Of a stretch of 44,613 nucleotides of DNA, positions 27,927 through 37,183 are shown piece after piece. The notes under the pieces are model-generated. The model was not told the origin of the DNA and did no database searches. It worked only from the letters and a program-made list of their open reading frames with translations. Source of the stretch: an archaeon (GTDB lineage: Archaea > SpSt-1190 > DYHY01). The stretch lies in assembly GCA_037442745.1 (NCBI GenBank), contig JBBIPP010000013.1, forward strand, positions 1-44,613, read 5' to 3'. A program made the position numbers and the translations under genes. Every line of letters begins with the position of its first letter. Within the stretch, counting starts at the first letter, position 1.

Positions 27927-28117
27927 TTGTTTTTTGAAAAAAGTCCTGCCCTTTTTAAGCCTGTTTAAAGAGCCGATTTCAAAAAAGAATATATCCTGAC
28001 AATTTCCACTTCTCTGGTATGGGAAAGAAGAAGAAAAAACGCCACTAATTCGGGCTGTCTGAGAAGCAAGAGTGTTCCCAGCACCCCCTTATTTTGAATT
28101 CAGGGGCGAGAGTAGGC

Positions 28118-28285
28118 TCACTTTTTTTTCGGGGAAATTTCCGGGCAGGCCGGGTCCGATTCAATTGACGGGAACTTGACCTTGAACTTTTGGTTTTCGC
28201 AAAAAGAGTTCCTAAATGAACCGCAGTCTCCGCAGACCATTATTCCAATTGAGCGGTTCATGTCAGCGAACTTGTTTTTCGCCAT
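28118..28285 (-). CDS. Small four-Cys (putative metal-binding) protein, 55 aa, absent from the ORF track
   Basis: MAKNKFADMNRSIGIMVCGDCGSFRNSFCENQKFKVKFPSIESDPACPEISPKKK*. It starts 8 nt after the TrmB gene's stop. Confidence 0.65.
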   Translation of the reverse strand: MAKNKFADMNRSIGIMVCGDCGSFRNSFCENQKFKVKFPSIESDPACPEISPKKK

Positions 28286-28292
28286 CCGTTCA

Positions 28293-29087
28293 TCACTTGG
28301 CAGTCCATACGTGGTGGAAGAGTTCTTTCATTGCCTTTACGAAATACGGGGAATGAACCCATACCGCAGTGTCATAGATTGTGTGGACATCTTTATTTGG
28401 AAAAAGCGAAAAAACCGCCTCCTCAGAGTCCTTCAGGATTATTCTCGCGTTTATTGTCTTTACTATCTTCATGTCAGCAAGTTTCGAGAGCTCCTTGTAG
28501 TATGTCTCGCTTTCCTTCAACGGTCCGGCAATCCTTATTTTGACCCCTTTTCCTGATGCGAAAAGGAGCCTCTCGGAATGGAATTTCGCCAAATGCTCCG
28601 CTTCCTCAGGGGTCGCGAGTATCTCGATTGTCCTCTTTGCTGTCCCAAGGAGGCTGTCTATCTGGTGGCTTATTCCGCGTCTGGACCTTATTATCCCCGC
28701 CTTTTCGTGCTTTTCAACAAGGGGTTCGCCCTTTTTGTGGGCGTCCGAGAGCTTGCCAGCAACTTCAGAGCTCTTGAGCTTGTCAATTAGTTTTGCCTGG
28801 TCCTCCATTTTCTTGTCATAATTGATTTTGACCTGTGAGAGGATTTCGCTCGGTGGGAGCGCAATGTATTTTACCGGCCTTTGCTCCCTTTTTGCGCTGA
28901 TTAGCTTCTTTTGGAGCAGCGCTTCCAGGACATCATATGCCCTGGATCTTGGGACTGCGGAGATTTCAGAGAGCTCGCCCGCAGTTGAAATTCCCCTTGA
29001 AAGGAGGGCTAGCCAGATCTTTGCCTCGTACATGTTAAGGTCGAAAATCCGCTTGACGTCCTCAATAATCTTCTCGTTATGTATCAT
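28293..29087 (-). CDS. TrmB-family transcriptional regulator/chromatin protein
   Basis: FDLNMYEAKIWLALL, TAGELSEISAVPRSRAYDVLEAL, RPVKY and a C-terminal PLD-like effector domain. GGAG precedes ATG 29087. Confidence 0.93.
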   Translation of the reverse strand: MIHNEKIIEDVKRIFDLNMYEAKIWLALLSRGISTAGELSEISAVPRSRAYDVLEALLQKKLISAKREQRPVKYIALPPSEILSQVKINYDKKMEDQAKLIDKLKSSEVAGKLSDAHKKGEPLVEKHEKAGIIRSRRGISHQIDSLLGTAKRTIEILATPEEAEHLAKFHSERLLFASGKGVKIRIAGPLKESETYYKELSKLADMKIVKTINARIILKDSEEAVFSLFPNKDVHTIYDTAVWVHSPYFVKAMKELFHHVWTAK

Positions 29088-29219
29088 TTTTCCATATCTT
29101 CTCCTTTTTCCGGGGCAATGGCCTCTGCCAATCTGCCCTGTTGTCACTGGAATTAGTTACTATTTATAACCTTTCCCAAAAGGAGAGGTTTAAATCCAAA
29201 GTCCGCTTTTCCCAAGGCA

Positions 29220-29462
29220 ATGGCAAAGACTCGGGCTAAAACAAGGGAAATAAAAGAGCCAAATGACCGAAAGGCGTCCCCCAAATCAACCGCAAAAGCA
29301 AACCTCCTGACAGGGCTATTCATGCTAGTAGCAGGAGCCGCGTTCACAATAACCGGCATTGGGGCAATAATAGGGATTCCCCTCTTTCTCGTTGGTCTAG
29401 TATTCACAGGCTTCTTCCTGATGAAATTGAGGCGGAATTCCCGGGCCAAGGATTCCTTTTAA
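29220..29462 (+). CDS. Small membrane protein (2 TM hairpin)
   Basis: Basic N-terminus and the hydrophobic TITGIGAIIGIPL stretch. TTTAAAT lies about 25-30 nt upstream. Confidence 0.7.
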   Translation: MAKTRAKTREIKEPNDRKASPKSTAKANLLTGLFMLVAGAAFTITGIGAIIGIPLFLVGLVFTGFFLMKLRRNSRAKDSF

Positions 29463-29486
29463 AACAGGGAAAGCTATCCTCCTTCA

Positions 29487-30896
29487 ATGCCTGAAAAAAG
29501 AATTTTCAAAAGGACAAAGATAATTTGCACAATAGGCCCCTCGTCAATAGAGGTTCCGATACTTTCAAAGCTCTATTTTTCCGGAATGGACTGTGTGAGG
29601 ATAAACACTGCGCACGGTGATTTCGCCCAATATGAGAAGATTGTCGCTAACGCCCGGGCGGTTTCGTCAGGTCTTCCGATAATGGTCGACATCAAAGGGC
29701 CAGAAATAAGGACGCGCCTTGCAACCGAAGAACTAAAAGTTTTCGAAGGGAATGTGGTGGACTTTTCATTCTCTGACGGGTCCCCCTTCTTCTTTTCCTA
29801 CAATTTCCTGGAAGAGGTCCCGAAAGGCGCGAGAATCCTAATTGAGGACGGCAACCTCTCGGCAGTGCTCTCAGAGACTGACGGAAAGAAAAGAGGGAAG
29901 CTTACATTCGAGGTCTCCGGGACAATAAAGCCCAACAAGAACGTGAACATTCCCGGATTTGAGATAAAAGCCCCCCTCCTCTCAAAAAATGACAGGGAGG
30001 CGATTTCCTGGGCAGTAACAAAGGGACTGGATTTCATTGCACTATCATTTGTCCGCTCGGCATCAGACGTGGAGAATGTGAGGAGGCTCATTCCGAAGGG
30101 ATCCCGGATAAAAATAATTTCAAAAATCGAGGACAATTCCGGAGTCTCAAGAATTGACGAGATAATACGGGCGTCAGACGGGGTGATGATTGCCCGGGGG
30201 GATTTGGGGGTCGAAGTCCCATCCGAACGGATACCGATAATACAGAAAGACATTATACGCAAGTGCAACCGGGCCGGAAAAATTGCAATAACCGCTACCC
30301 AGATGCTCGACTCGATGGTTTCGCGTCCGAGACCAACCCGGGCGGAAACGAGCGATGTTGCGAACGCAGTCCTTGACGGAACGGACGTTGTGATGCTTTC
30401 AGGCGAGACTTCGACAGGAAAATATCCGGTTGAATCCGTCCGGGAAATGGCAAAAATCGTAAGGGAAGTCGAGGGAAAAGTCGAGCACTGGATAGAGAAC
30501 TGCCCGGCTGAAAGCGTCTCGGTCGCAGTTAGCGCCGCAATAAATTCAATGCTCTCCCAGCTCCCGATAACGAAAATTGTCACAATAACCAGTAGCGGGC
30601 ACACTGCCCAGTCGATTTCAAGATACCGGCCTAGCCAGGAAATACTCGGGGTGACGAGAAACGAGACAACCGCCCGCCAGCTAGCCCTTTCATGGGGGGT
30701 TTTGCCAGTTCTTTTCGCCGGCCTTGACCGGGAGCACAGGATTTCCTCGACAATCGACTTTCTCCTTGAAAACAAGCTCATTGTTAAAAGCGACCTTGTT
30801 GTGTTCGCTGCCGGAACAAGGACAAAGCGCCAGCATTCAAGCAACCTGATAGAGCTCCATTATGTCGACGACCTGATAGATTTCCTGAAAAGCTAA
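29487..30896 (+). CDS. pyk: Pyruvate kinase
   Basis: TKIICTIGP, DIKGPEIR, SKIE, MIARGDLGVE, TATQML.SM, PTRAE and MLSGET. Confidence 0.98.
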   Translation: MPEKRIFKRTKIICTIGPSSIEVPILSKLYFSGMDCVRINTAHGDFAQYEKIVANARAVSSGLPIMVDIKGPEIRTRLATEELKVFEGNVVDFSFSDGSPFFFSYNFLEEVPKGARILIEDGNLSAVLSETDGKKRGKLTFEVSGTIKPNKNVNIPGFEIKAPLLSKNDREAISWAVTKGLDFIALSFVRSASDVENVRRLIPKGSRIKIISKIEDNSGVSRIDEIIRASDGVMIARGDLGVEVPSERIPIIQKDIIRKCNRAGKIAITATQMLDSMVSRPRPTRAETSDVANAVLDGTDVVMLSGETSTGKYPVESVREMAKIVREVEGKVEHWIENCPAESVSVAVSAAINSMLSQLPITKIVTITSSGHTAQSISRYRPSQEILGVTRNETTARQLALSWGVLPVLFAGLDREHRISSTIDFLLENKLIVKSDLVVFAAGTRTKRQHSSNLIELHYVDDLIDFLKS

Positions 30897-30922
30897 AAAA
30901 GGGCAGGGGGTCTAAGGGGAAA

Positions 30923-31858
30923 ATGGAAGAAAAAATCAGGGACGTTGCGATAATTGGTTCTGGCTCCGCCGGCCTAACTGCCGCAATCTACTCCGCTCGG
31001 GCAGACCTCGCCCCAATAATAATCACCGGATATGAGGAAGGGGGCCAGTTGACCATGACAACCATTGTCGAGAATTTTCCCGGCTTTTCCAAAGGGGTTC
31101 TCGGACCTGAACTGATGAGGGAGATGCGCACCCAGGCCGAGATATTTGGAGCGGAATTCGTTTTCGGAAAAGCGGAATCGTTCTCCAAGGAAGGAAGTTT
31201 TTTCAAAATTGGCCTTGACACGGGAGCCGAGATTCTTGCGCGGACAGTGATAATTGCTTCAGGCGCCTCGGCGAGGTTCCTCAATGTTCCCGGAGAAAAG
31301 GAGCTTGTTGGAAACGGGGTCTCGACCTGCGCAACATGCGACGGCCATTTCTACAAGGGAAAGGAGGTTGCAGTTGTCGGGGGCGGGGATTCCGCCTGCG
31401 AAGAAGCCCTTCACCTGGCCAAGTTCGCGTCAAAAGTGACCCTAATACACCGGAGAAACACTCTTAGAGCGAGCAAAATAATGCAGGAGAGGGTTCTTTC
31501 AAACCCAAAGATTGTCCCAATCTGGGAAGCTGTTGTCGAAAAAGTCGAGGGAAAAGATGGAAGGTTCAACAATCTTGTTCTGAAAAACGTCAGGACAGGG
31601 GCAGTCTCCGAATTCAAGGCAGACGGCGTCTTCATTGCAATTGGCCATATCCCCAACACCGATATTTTCAAGGGGTTCCTTGAAATGGACGAAGCCGGCT
31701 ATCTTGTGACTGACAAGTTCGCCCGGACGAAAATCCCCGGAGTCTTCGCTGCAGGGGACGTCTCAGACAAAAGGTACCGCCAAGCAATTGTGGCGGCAGG
31801 CGAGGGCTGCAAGGCGGCACTCGAAGCCGAGCGCTATCTTTCCGAAAGAAAAATCTAG
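30923..31858 (+). CDS. trxB: Thioredoxin-disulfide reductase
   Basis: IIGSGSAG, GGQL, CATCDG, VGGGDSA, HRR and FAAGDV. Confidence 0.97.
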   Translation: MEEKIRDVAIIGSGSAGLTAAIYSARADLAPIIITGYEEGGQLTMTTIVENFPGFSKGVLGPELMREMRTQAEIFGAEFVFGKAESFSKEGSFFKIGLDTGAEILARTVIIASGASARFLNVPGEKELVGNGVSTCATCDGHFYKGKEVAVVGGGDSACEEALHLAKFASKVTLIHRRNTLRASKIMQERVLSNPKIVPIWEAVVEKVEGKDGRFNNLVLKNVRTGAVSEFKADGVFIAIGHIPNTDIFKGFLEMDEAGYLVTDKFARTKIPGVFAAGDVSDKRYRQAIVAAGEGCKAALEAERYLSERKI

Positions 31859-32008
31859 GCGAGGTCCGTGCAAAGGGGGCAATCGGCACGGGCAAGAGCG
31901 CTATCTTTCCGAAAGAAAAATCTAGGCGAGGTCCGTGCAAAGGGGGCAATCGGCACGGGCAAGAGCGCTATCTTTCCGAAAGAAAAATCTAGGCGAGGTC
32001 CGTGCAAA
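31829..32008 (+). repeat. 67-bp perfect tandem repeat, about 2.7 copies, containing the trxB 3' end
   Basis: The unit gagcgctatctttccgaaagaaaaatctaggcgaggtccgtgcaaagggggcaatcggcacgggcaa starts at 31829, 31896 and 31963 (the last copy is 46 nt). Confidence 0.97.
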
Positions 32009-32009
32009 T

Positions 32010-32521
32010 ATGTTACTTTTGCAATTACCGGACTCTTTTCCGCAATCTCGACATATTCGGCACGGCAGTTTTCTTCCTTTCGGACGAAAACCTCGACCTC
32101 TTGAAGAGAGTCCGGAGAAACGCAGTTCTTCTCAATTGCAGTTCTGATATGTCTGTTGTGGTATTTGAAAAATCCTTCTTCAAGCGCGCCTCCACTCTCC
32201 TGTCTCGAGAACTTTCCTCGCCTATTAGGGGCTTGTTGACTGCTGGGGAATAGTTTCCTTCTTCCCTTGAATGCCTGCCAATACTGGCGGAGGATGCAAA
32301 AAACTGTCCGGTTGTTGCCGGGCTGTCGGCAAACGCATTTCCAAAGCCATCTCCCGGTTTCTCAACCAATTGCTCCCTTGAGGGACTTTTCTCATACGTT
32401 GTCAGAACATATCCGACACATTTTTTCCCCTCTAGAGAAAAGTCTCAACAATCCCAGTTTCTTCGAACCTGTTAGATGTCAAAATAACTGTTCCGTCCGA
32501 AAAGCGCAATACTATTTTCAG
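32010..32521 (-). pseudogene. Possible decayed gene of unknown family
   Basis: TTTTTATAAA near 32547-32556 is followed at start-codon distance by CTG-KIVLRFSDGTVIL...FL*, then ORF fragments in several frames. Confidence 0.35.
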
Positions 32522-32560
32522 TTCAGTTTTGAAGAAAGATGACAACTTTATAAAAAGGCA

Positions 32561-32803
32561 CTATTCCTTTCTATTGTGGCTTGTGTGGCCAGCCGAATGG
32601 CTGATGGAATGCCCGCCATATGCGAAATTCGCCTCATCCATCTCAACCATTCTATGTCCAGCAACATGCCTGCGGTCAATGTGGAGCTTTGTGCTATCAA
32701 CCGCCTTTTTAGCGAAGAATGCGACAACCGAAATCCCGACAACGAAAATTCCAACATATATGGCAGTCTCTAGGAAAACGAACGACACTCCTTCTGCAAC
32801 CAT
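32561..32803 (-). CDS. Small single-TM protein with His-rich tail
   Basis: One hydrophobic helix, then ...HSISHSAGHTSHN. Same strand as, and just downstream of, the metallopeptidase. Confidence 0.6.
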   Translation of the reverse strand: MVAEGVSFVFLETAIYVGIFVVGISVVAFFAKKAVDSTKLHIDRRHVAGHRMVEMDEANFAYGGHSISHSAGHTSHNRKE

Positions 32804-32825
32804 CCCTAGTAATCCAGTTTCCCGG

Positions 32826-33224
32826 TTAATAATCTTTCTTTCCCCGTTCGGCGAAAGCTAGCTTCCTGTGAAGGCTTTCGACGTTCCCTTCAGTAACGTG
32901 GTTTCCGTGGTGTCTAAAGCCCCCTCCAAAGCTCGCGGGGATGTGCATTAGCTCGTGGACCAGTACCTTGTCCTTCTCATCTTTTGATAGCCTGTCGAAT
33001 CTCTCGCTAATTACCTCAATCAGATAGACTGCCTTTCTTTCGAGAGCAGTCTGCCAGATTCTCGGAAGCGCATAACAGCGGGCAATTGTCCTTCTTGATT
33101 GGGACCCAATTGAGCGCACAGCGACAACCCTCTCCAAATCAATATGCCTGAGATCCAGGGCTCTGACAATTTCAGAGAGCCTTCGCTTGATTGTCTCGTC
33201 CCTGTAGAACTTGATTGTCGGCAC
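32826..33224 (-). CDS. Predicted zinc metallopeptidase (archaeal COG4900-like)
   Basis: HIDLERV, RS.GS, IARC, IWQ.AL, YLIEVISERF and HELMHIP..FGGG.R.H. Confidence 0.88.
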   Translation of the reverse strand: MPTIKFYRDETIKRRLSEIVRALDLRHIDLERVVAVRSIGSQSRRTIARCYALPRIWQTALERKAVYLIEVISERFDRLSKDEKDKVLVHELMHIPASFGGGFRHHGNHVTEGNVESLHRKLAFAERGKKDY

Positions 33225-33289
33225 AATGCCCTCCCACGAACCCCGGATATTAATGCGTTTTTAAATACCGAAACATCACTATTTTCAGA

Positions 33290-34045
33290 ATGGCAAGACT
33301 CATTTTGGATGTCACTTGGGGAACCGGTCTTGCCGAGGACGGGACTCGCTCAGGGAAAATAACAATCCTTCTTCTCACAAAAACCGTTCCAAAAACTTCC
33401 GCACATTTCCTGAATCTGGCGAAATCCGGAGCATATTCCCAGAATGCTGGATTCTACAGAATTGGAAGAGAGTTCATGATTCAGGGGGGCTTGGGGAAGG
33501 GGGCGGAAAAAATTGCGCCAATTGAGGACGAATTCACAACGCCTCTTATTGAGAACAGGGCCGGAACAGTCTCTGTTGCTAACAGGGGGCCGAATACCGG
33601 GTCAAGCGAGTTCTTCATCAACATCCGGGGATGGGGAAAATCTCCCGAGAGCGGTTCTCCCGAACCTCCTGCCTTTTCAGAGGAATCGGAATCCCTGAAT
33701 TTCCTCAAATCCCCGAAAATTGAAAAGAACTGGAACAATTGGCTCGACGGCAAGCATCCTGTGTTCGGGGTTGTCTCTGACGAAGAAGAGCTGGATTTCG
33801 TAAAAGAGCTATCCGAAATCTCCCTTCGGACTACCGGGCCTGCGGGGGCTCCTCTCGGAACAATCTCAATGCGAGTCTCCTTTTCAGAAGGGAACGACGA
33901 TGTTGATGAGAAAAAGGCGCTCGAATTTCTCGGGCTTTCTTTCGACGCCGACGCCGGAAAAACCCTCCAAACAAATACTGGAAAAAAAGAGGCGGGAACT
34001 GGAACTAGAAAGGAAAATGAGCCCGCCTGGAGAAAATTCTTCTAG
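33290..34045 (+). CDS. Cyclophilin-type peptidyl-prolyl isomerase (with insertion)
   Basis: PKT..HF, FYRI..FMIQGG, GTVSVAN.GPNT.SS.FFIN and WLDGKHPVFG. Confidence 0.9.
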   Translation: MARLILDVTWGTGLAEDGTRSGKITILLLTKTVPKTSAHFLNLAKSGAYSQNAGFYRIGREFMIQGGLGKGAEKIAPIEDEFTTPLIENRAGTVSVANRGPNTGSSEFFINIRGWGKSPESGSPEPPAFSEESESLNFLKSPKIEKNWNNWLDGKHPVFGVVSDEEELDFVKELSEISLRTTGPAGAPLGTISMRVSFSEGNDDVDEKKALEFLGLSFDADAGKTLQTNTGKKEAGTGTRKENEPAWRKFF

Positions 34046-34623
34046 ATTGACTCGACGAATTCCTCGGGAGTTATCGAGAGGTCAAGGCCCGACTGGAGCT
34101 CGCCCCTTTCCCTTAGCATATATGTCGCAAGAGCCCAGTAGAGCATTCCGATTGATTTCTTTCCCTTGTTGTTCCCGGGAACTACCAAATCAACGTTCTC
34201 TTTCGTGTTGTTAGTGTCGCAGAATGCTACAATCGGGATTCCTAGCTTCTTCGCCTCGTTCACAGCCTGCCTGTCGACAAGGGGGTCTGCAACGACAATT
34301 ATGTCAGCCTCCGTAAAGTCGGGGCTCTCTGGATTCGTGAATGTCCCAGGCATGAACCTTCCGACAATTGCCTTTGCTCCTGTAACCTCTGCGAACTTTT
34401 TTGCAACTCCCTGCGCATAGTCCCTTGCGGCAACTACGAGAATCCTGTCAGGAGAGTATTTGGCTAGGAATTTTCCAGCAACCTTTATCCGTTCGTCGAC
34501 TTTTTGGATGTTTAGGACCGCAAGGCCGTCCGCCCTTATCTTGTAGACGAACTCTTCCATGTCCTTTCTTCTTTTTTGAGTGCCGATATGGACTCCGAAT
34601 GCGAGGAATTTGTCCTGTTTCAT
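34042..34623 (-). CDS. rps2: 30S ribosomal protein S2 (uS2)
   Basis: GVHIGT, RADGL, GRFMPGTFTNP, DP..D.QA..EA, CDTNN and PGNNKG. Confidence 0.97.
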   Translation of the reverse strand: MKQDKFLAFGVHIGTQKRRKDMEEFVYKIRADGLAVLNIQKVDERIKVAGKFLAKYSPDRILVVAARDYAQGVAKKFAEVTGAKAIVGRFMPGTFTNPESPDFTEADIIVVADPLVDRQAVNEAKKLGIPIVAFCDTNNTKENVDLVVPGNNKGKKSIGMLYWALATYMLRERGELQSGLDLSITPEEFVESI

Positions 34624-34789
34624 TTTTCTTCCAAATCGACGCGTTTGCACGGCTTTTTAACCTTTTTGAAACACCTCGGAAACCATCATAGAAGCGCAAG
34701 AACAGCTGATTTTATTTGGCCGGATTTCTCTCTTGGAAGAAAATGCACAATGTGCTGTTTTCCAATGTTCGGAAAAACAGTTAAGAAAT

Positions 34790-34827
34790 TTCCAAAAGGA
34801 GCCCCCTCTTGGAGGCCCCCTCTGGAA
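34790..34827 (-). terminator. Long hairpin just after rrp42
   Basis: On the minus strand, ttccagagggggcctcc-aaga-gggggctccttttggaa forms a stem of about 17 bp (with G-U pairs) 13 nt after the stop codon. Confidence 0.45.
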
Positions 34828-34840
34828 GCTTGAGCTCACC

Positions 34841-35647
34841 CTAGCCTTTCGGCGCTGGAAGCAATGTTCTCAGCTCACTTGCAAGGCGGACTCCTTCCCC
34901 GACAACTTGCATTATCTCCTCGGGCGAGAATCCAGCAACCCCCCCTTTCTGTATTGCGCAGATTTCCCCGTCGTCGTTTATCCCGACAGTGAACCGCCCG
35001 GACATTACCTCCTCCTCGCTCTCGGTCGGGTCGCAGACGAGTTTCGTCCCGATTTTTCCGAAAGTTATCCCAATTGGCCTCCCGTTTATCGGAAGGGCGC
35101 CCTCAGAGTTCTCGAAATCAATCTTGTCCTTTTCAATGTCGTATTTGGGAAGCTTTGCCGTGAGAAGCGCAGCCATTCCAGCGAGGACTCCCGCGTCAAT
35201 CAGGTTCCCGTCCATGTCAAGAGCATAAAAGTCGAGGTTGACAATCCAGACCTTCTCCCCAGTCTTTATGCAGAGTTTTTTCGTGTCAATTGCCTCGGAC
35301 TCCCTTATTACCCGGTCGACAACGCGCGCGAGCTCGACGCTCTGGGCGGAGGGAGGTCCCCTCTCGAAATTGGGGCTCGCAATCGGTGCCATTTCTGCGC
35401 CGGTAGAAAGAACGCCCTCATCCATCTTGTCTGGATACGGAGTCCCGACAGAGAGCTTCACTCCAGCCAGGACCTTTGTTTTCCCGAGTTCAATCAGGGC
35501 AGACCCTTGGGCGTTCGGAATTATCCCGGTCTCAATTCTGAATTTCCTGAACTCGTTCAGTTTCCGTCCGTCAAATCTGGTCCCGTTTTCAGCCAAATCA
35601 ATTATTGTCTTCCTGTTTATTTCGCTTACAAGCCTTTCAGTTATCAT
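34841..35647 (-). CDS. rrp42: Exosome complex component Rrp42
   Basis: RFDGR, AQGSA...G.TKV, PYPD, GPP...ELARVVDR and DGNLIDA. Confidence 0.97.
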   Translation of the reverse strand: MITERLVSEINRKTIIDLAENGTRFDGRKLNEFRKFRIETGIIPNAQGSALIELGKTKVLAGVKLSVGTPYPDKMDEGVLSTGAEMAPIASPNFERGPPSAQSVELARVVDRVIRESEAIDTKKLCIKTGEKVWIVNLDFYALDMDGNLIDAGVLAGMAALLTAKLPKYDIEKDKIDFENSEGALPINGRPIGITFGKIGTKLVCDPTESEEEVMSGRFTVGINDDGEICAIQKGGVAGFSPEEIMQVVGEGVRLASELRTLLPAPKG

Positions 35648-36375
35648 TGTTCAAACCTCCTTTTGAGAGCAGCTTTCTGCATCTCGTAAATCTCCTTGCA
35701 CGCCCTCCTTGCCATCTCGAGCCCTGAGCGCATCTCGGAGACAGTCAGGTTCCCGTCCATTTGCATCAGGGTGAATTTGTCGAAATTCGGCATATATGCG
35801 ACCGCGCAGTCGGCCAAGCCGAAATTGTCCTCAGGCTTGTCCATATCAACCGCAATTACTTCCTCCCCGTCCGCGCCATAGAGCTTTCCAAAAGAGCAGG
35901 CGGAAACTAGGTCTTTCATCGGAATGCCTGCGTCAGCAAGCGCGACCGATGCCGCAGTCAGGGCAGTTACCCTTGTGCTTGCATCGGCCTGTATTACTTC
36001 CATGAAAATGTCTATAGCTGTCTTTGGAAAACGCTCAACAACTATAGCTGCTTCGAGGGCGTCTGAGGAAACTTTCGATATTTCTATTGCCCTCCTGTCC
36101 TGCCCGGGCCTTTTCCTCTCTCCGTCGACCGAAAATGACGCCATGTCATATGTGCACCTGACAATTGCCTTCTCAGCGTTCTCCTGGTGCTTTGGATGGA
36201 CTTCCCTCGGCCCGTGGACTCCGACAACCACTTTTGTCTTTCCGCATTCAATGTAGCAGCTTCCGTCCGCCTTTTCAAGAAAGCCGGCAACGATTTTCAT
36301 CGGCCTAACCTGCTCAATTGTCCGTCCGTCAAGGCGGATTCCGTTCTTTATCAGATATTCAGGCTTTTCTCCCAT
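35644..36375 (-). CDS. rrp41: Exosome complex exonuclease Rrp41
   Basis: RLDGR, ADGS, GPRE, RR..EIS, QADASTR and ED....D catalytic region. Confidence 0.97.
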   Translation of the reverse strand: MGEKPEYLIKNGIRLDGRTIEQVRPMKIVAGFLEKADGSCYIECGKTKVVVGVHGPREVHPKHQENAEKAIVRCTYDMASFSVDGERKRPGQDRRAIEISKVSSDALEAAIVVERFPKTAIDIFMEVIQADASTRVTALTAASVALADAGIPMKDLVSACSFGKLYGADGEEVIAVDMDKPEDNFGLADCAVAYMPNFDKFTLMQMDGNLTVSEMRSGLEMARRACKEIYEMQKAALKRRFEQ

Positions 36376-36377
36376 TA

Positions 36378-37133
36378 TTATTCAACCTCCATTTCAGGGT
36401 CGGACTGGGAAGTCCCGTCAAAAGAACTTCCGCTTTCCTCTTCTTCAGGGGGAAGCCCTAGCTCGGAGCGTATTCTTTCAGTGAGCCCGCTCGTGTGCGC
36501 CTCCTCCTCAATTTTCTTTATTGTCCTTATTGCGAGCGCTTCCTTTTCCCTGCTCGGGCCTTTCAGCCAAACCCTTCCGTTCTGCCCGACGAAAATGCTG
36601 CATCCTGTCGCCTCCTTCAATGTCCTGACCATGCTTCCGCCCTTGCCAATTACTCTCGGGACTTTTGCTGGCGCAATCTCGAAAACCCGTCCGCCCATAA
36701 GCTTCTGGAGACCCTGGCCCCGCATTGAGACATTCACGTTCATCTGGTTGTCCACAAGAGAGACTTTGCAGAGTATTGTGTCCCCTATTGCGAAAAAGTC
36801 AGTCATGTCGTTCCTCCGTGTGTCAATGTATGACTCGGACGCCTCCGCAATCGGGAGGGTTGCCCCGTAGGGGGAGTTCACCTCAATTGACCAGTTGGAG
36901 AACCTGACGCCGTCAACAACACCTATTATTATGTCGTCCGGGTTCGGGATGTATCTGCCCGCAAGGGGGATTACTTTCATCATCCGGGCCCTGCTGTCAA
37001 GAAGGCCGAGTACTGATGCCCGTATCTCATCGTTTATCCTATAAGTTCCGTCTCCCGGAAGGCTGTCTAAGCCCTTTGCGAGAGTCTCTCCCGGAACAAC
37101 AACAGTTCTTCCGGAATTGTTCGTCTTTTCCAT
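36378..37133 (-). CDS. rrp4: Exosome RNA-binding cap protein Rrp4
   Basis: VVPGE, YIP...D.IIG, S1 domain, KH motif VPRVIGKGGSM, GQNGRVW and AHTSGLT. Confidence 0.97.
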   Translation of the reverse strand: MEKTNNSGRTVVVPGETLAKGLDSLPGDGTYRINDEIRASVLGLLDSRARMMKVIPLAGRYIPNPDDIIIGVVDGVRFSNWSIEVNSPYGATLPIAEASESYIDTRRNDMTDFFAIGDTILCKVSLVDNQMNVNVSMRGQGLQKLMGGRVFEIAPAKVPRVIGKGGSMVRTLKEATGCSIFVGQNGRVWLKGPSREKEALAIRTIKKIEEEAHTSGLTERIRSELGLPPEEEESGSSFDGTSQSDPEMEVE

Positions 37134-37183
37134 TTTTCATTCATCTTTCCTTCGTTTTTTCGTTTCATTGAAACAATTGCTTC

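Noticed and set aside
31829-32008. CRISPR array
   Set aside because: The spacers are identical and only 21 nt, the repeat includes trxB coding sequence, and there are no cas genes in the window.
34657-34839. 60-aa ORF between rrp42 and rps2 as rpl37ae or rpoP
   Set aside because: It lacks the zinc-ribbon pattern. The region is better explained by hairpins and the rps2 promoter.
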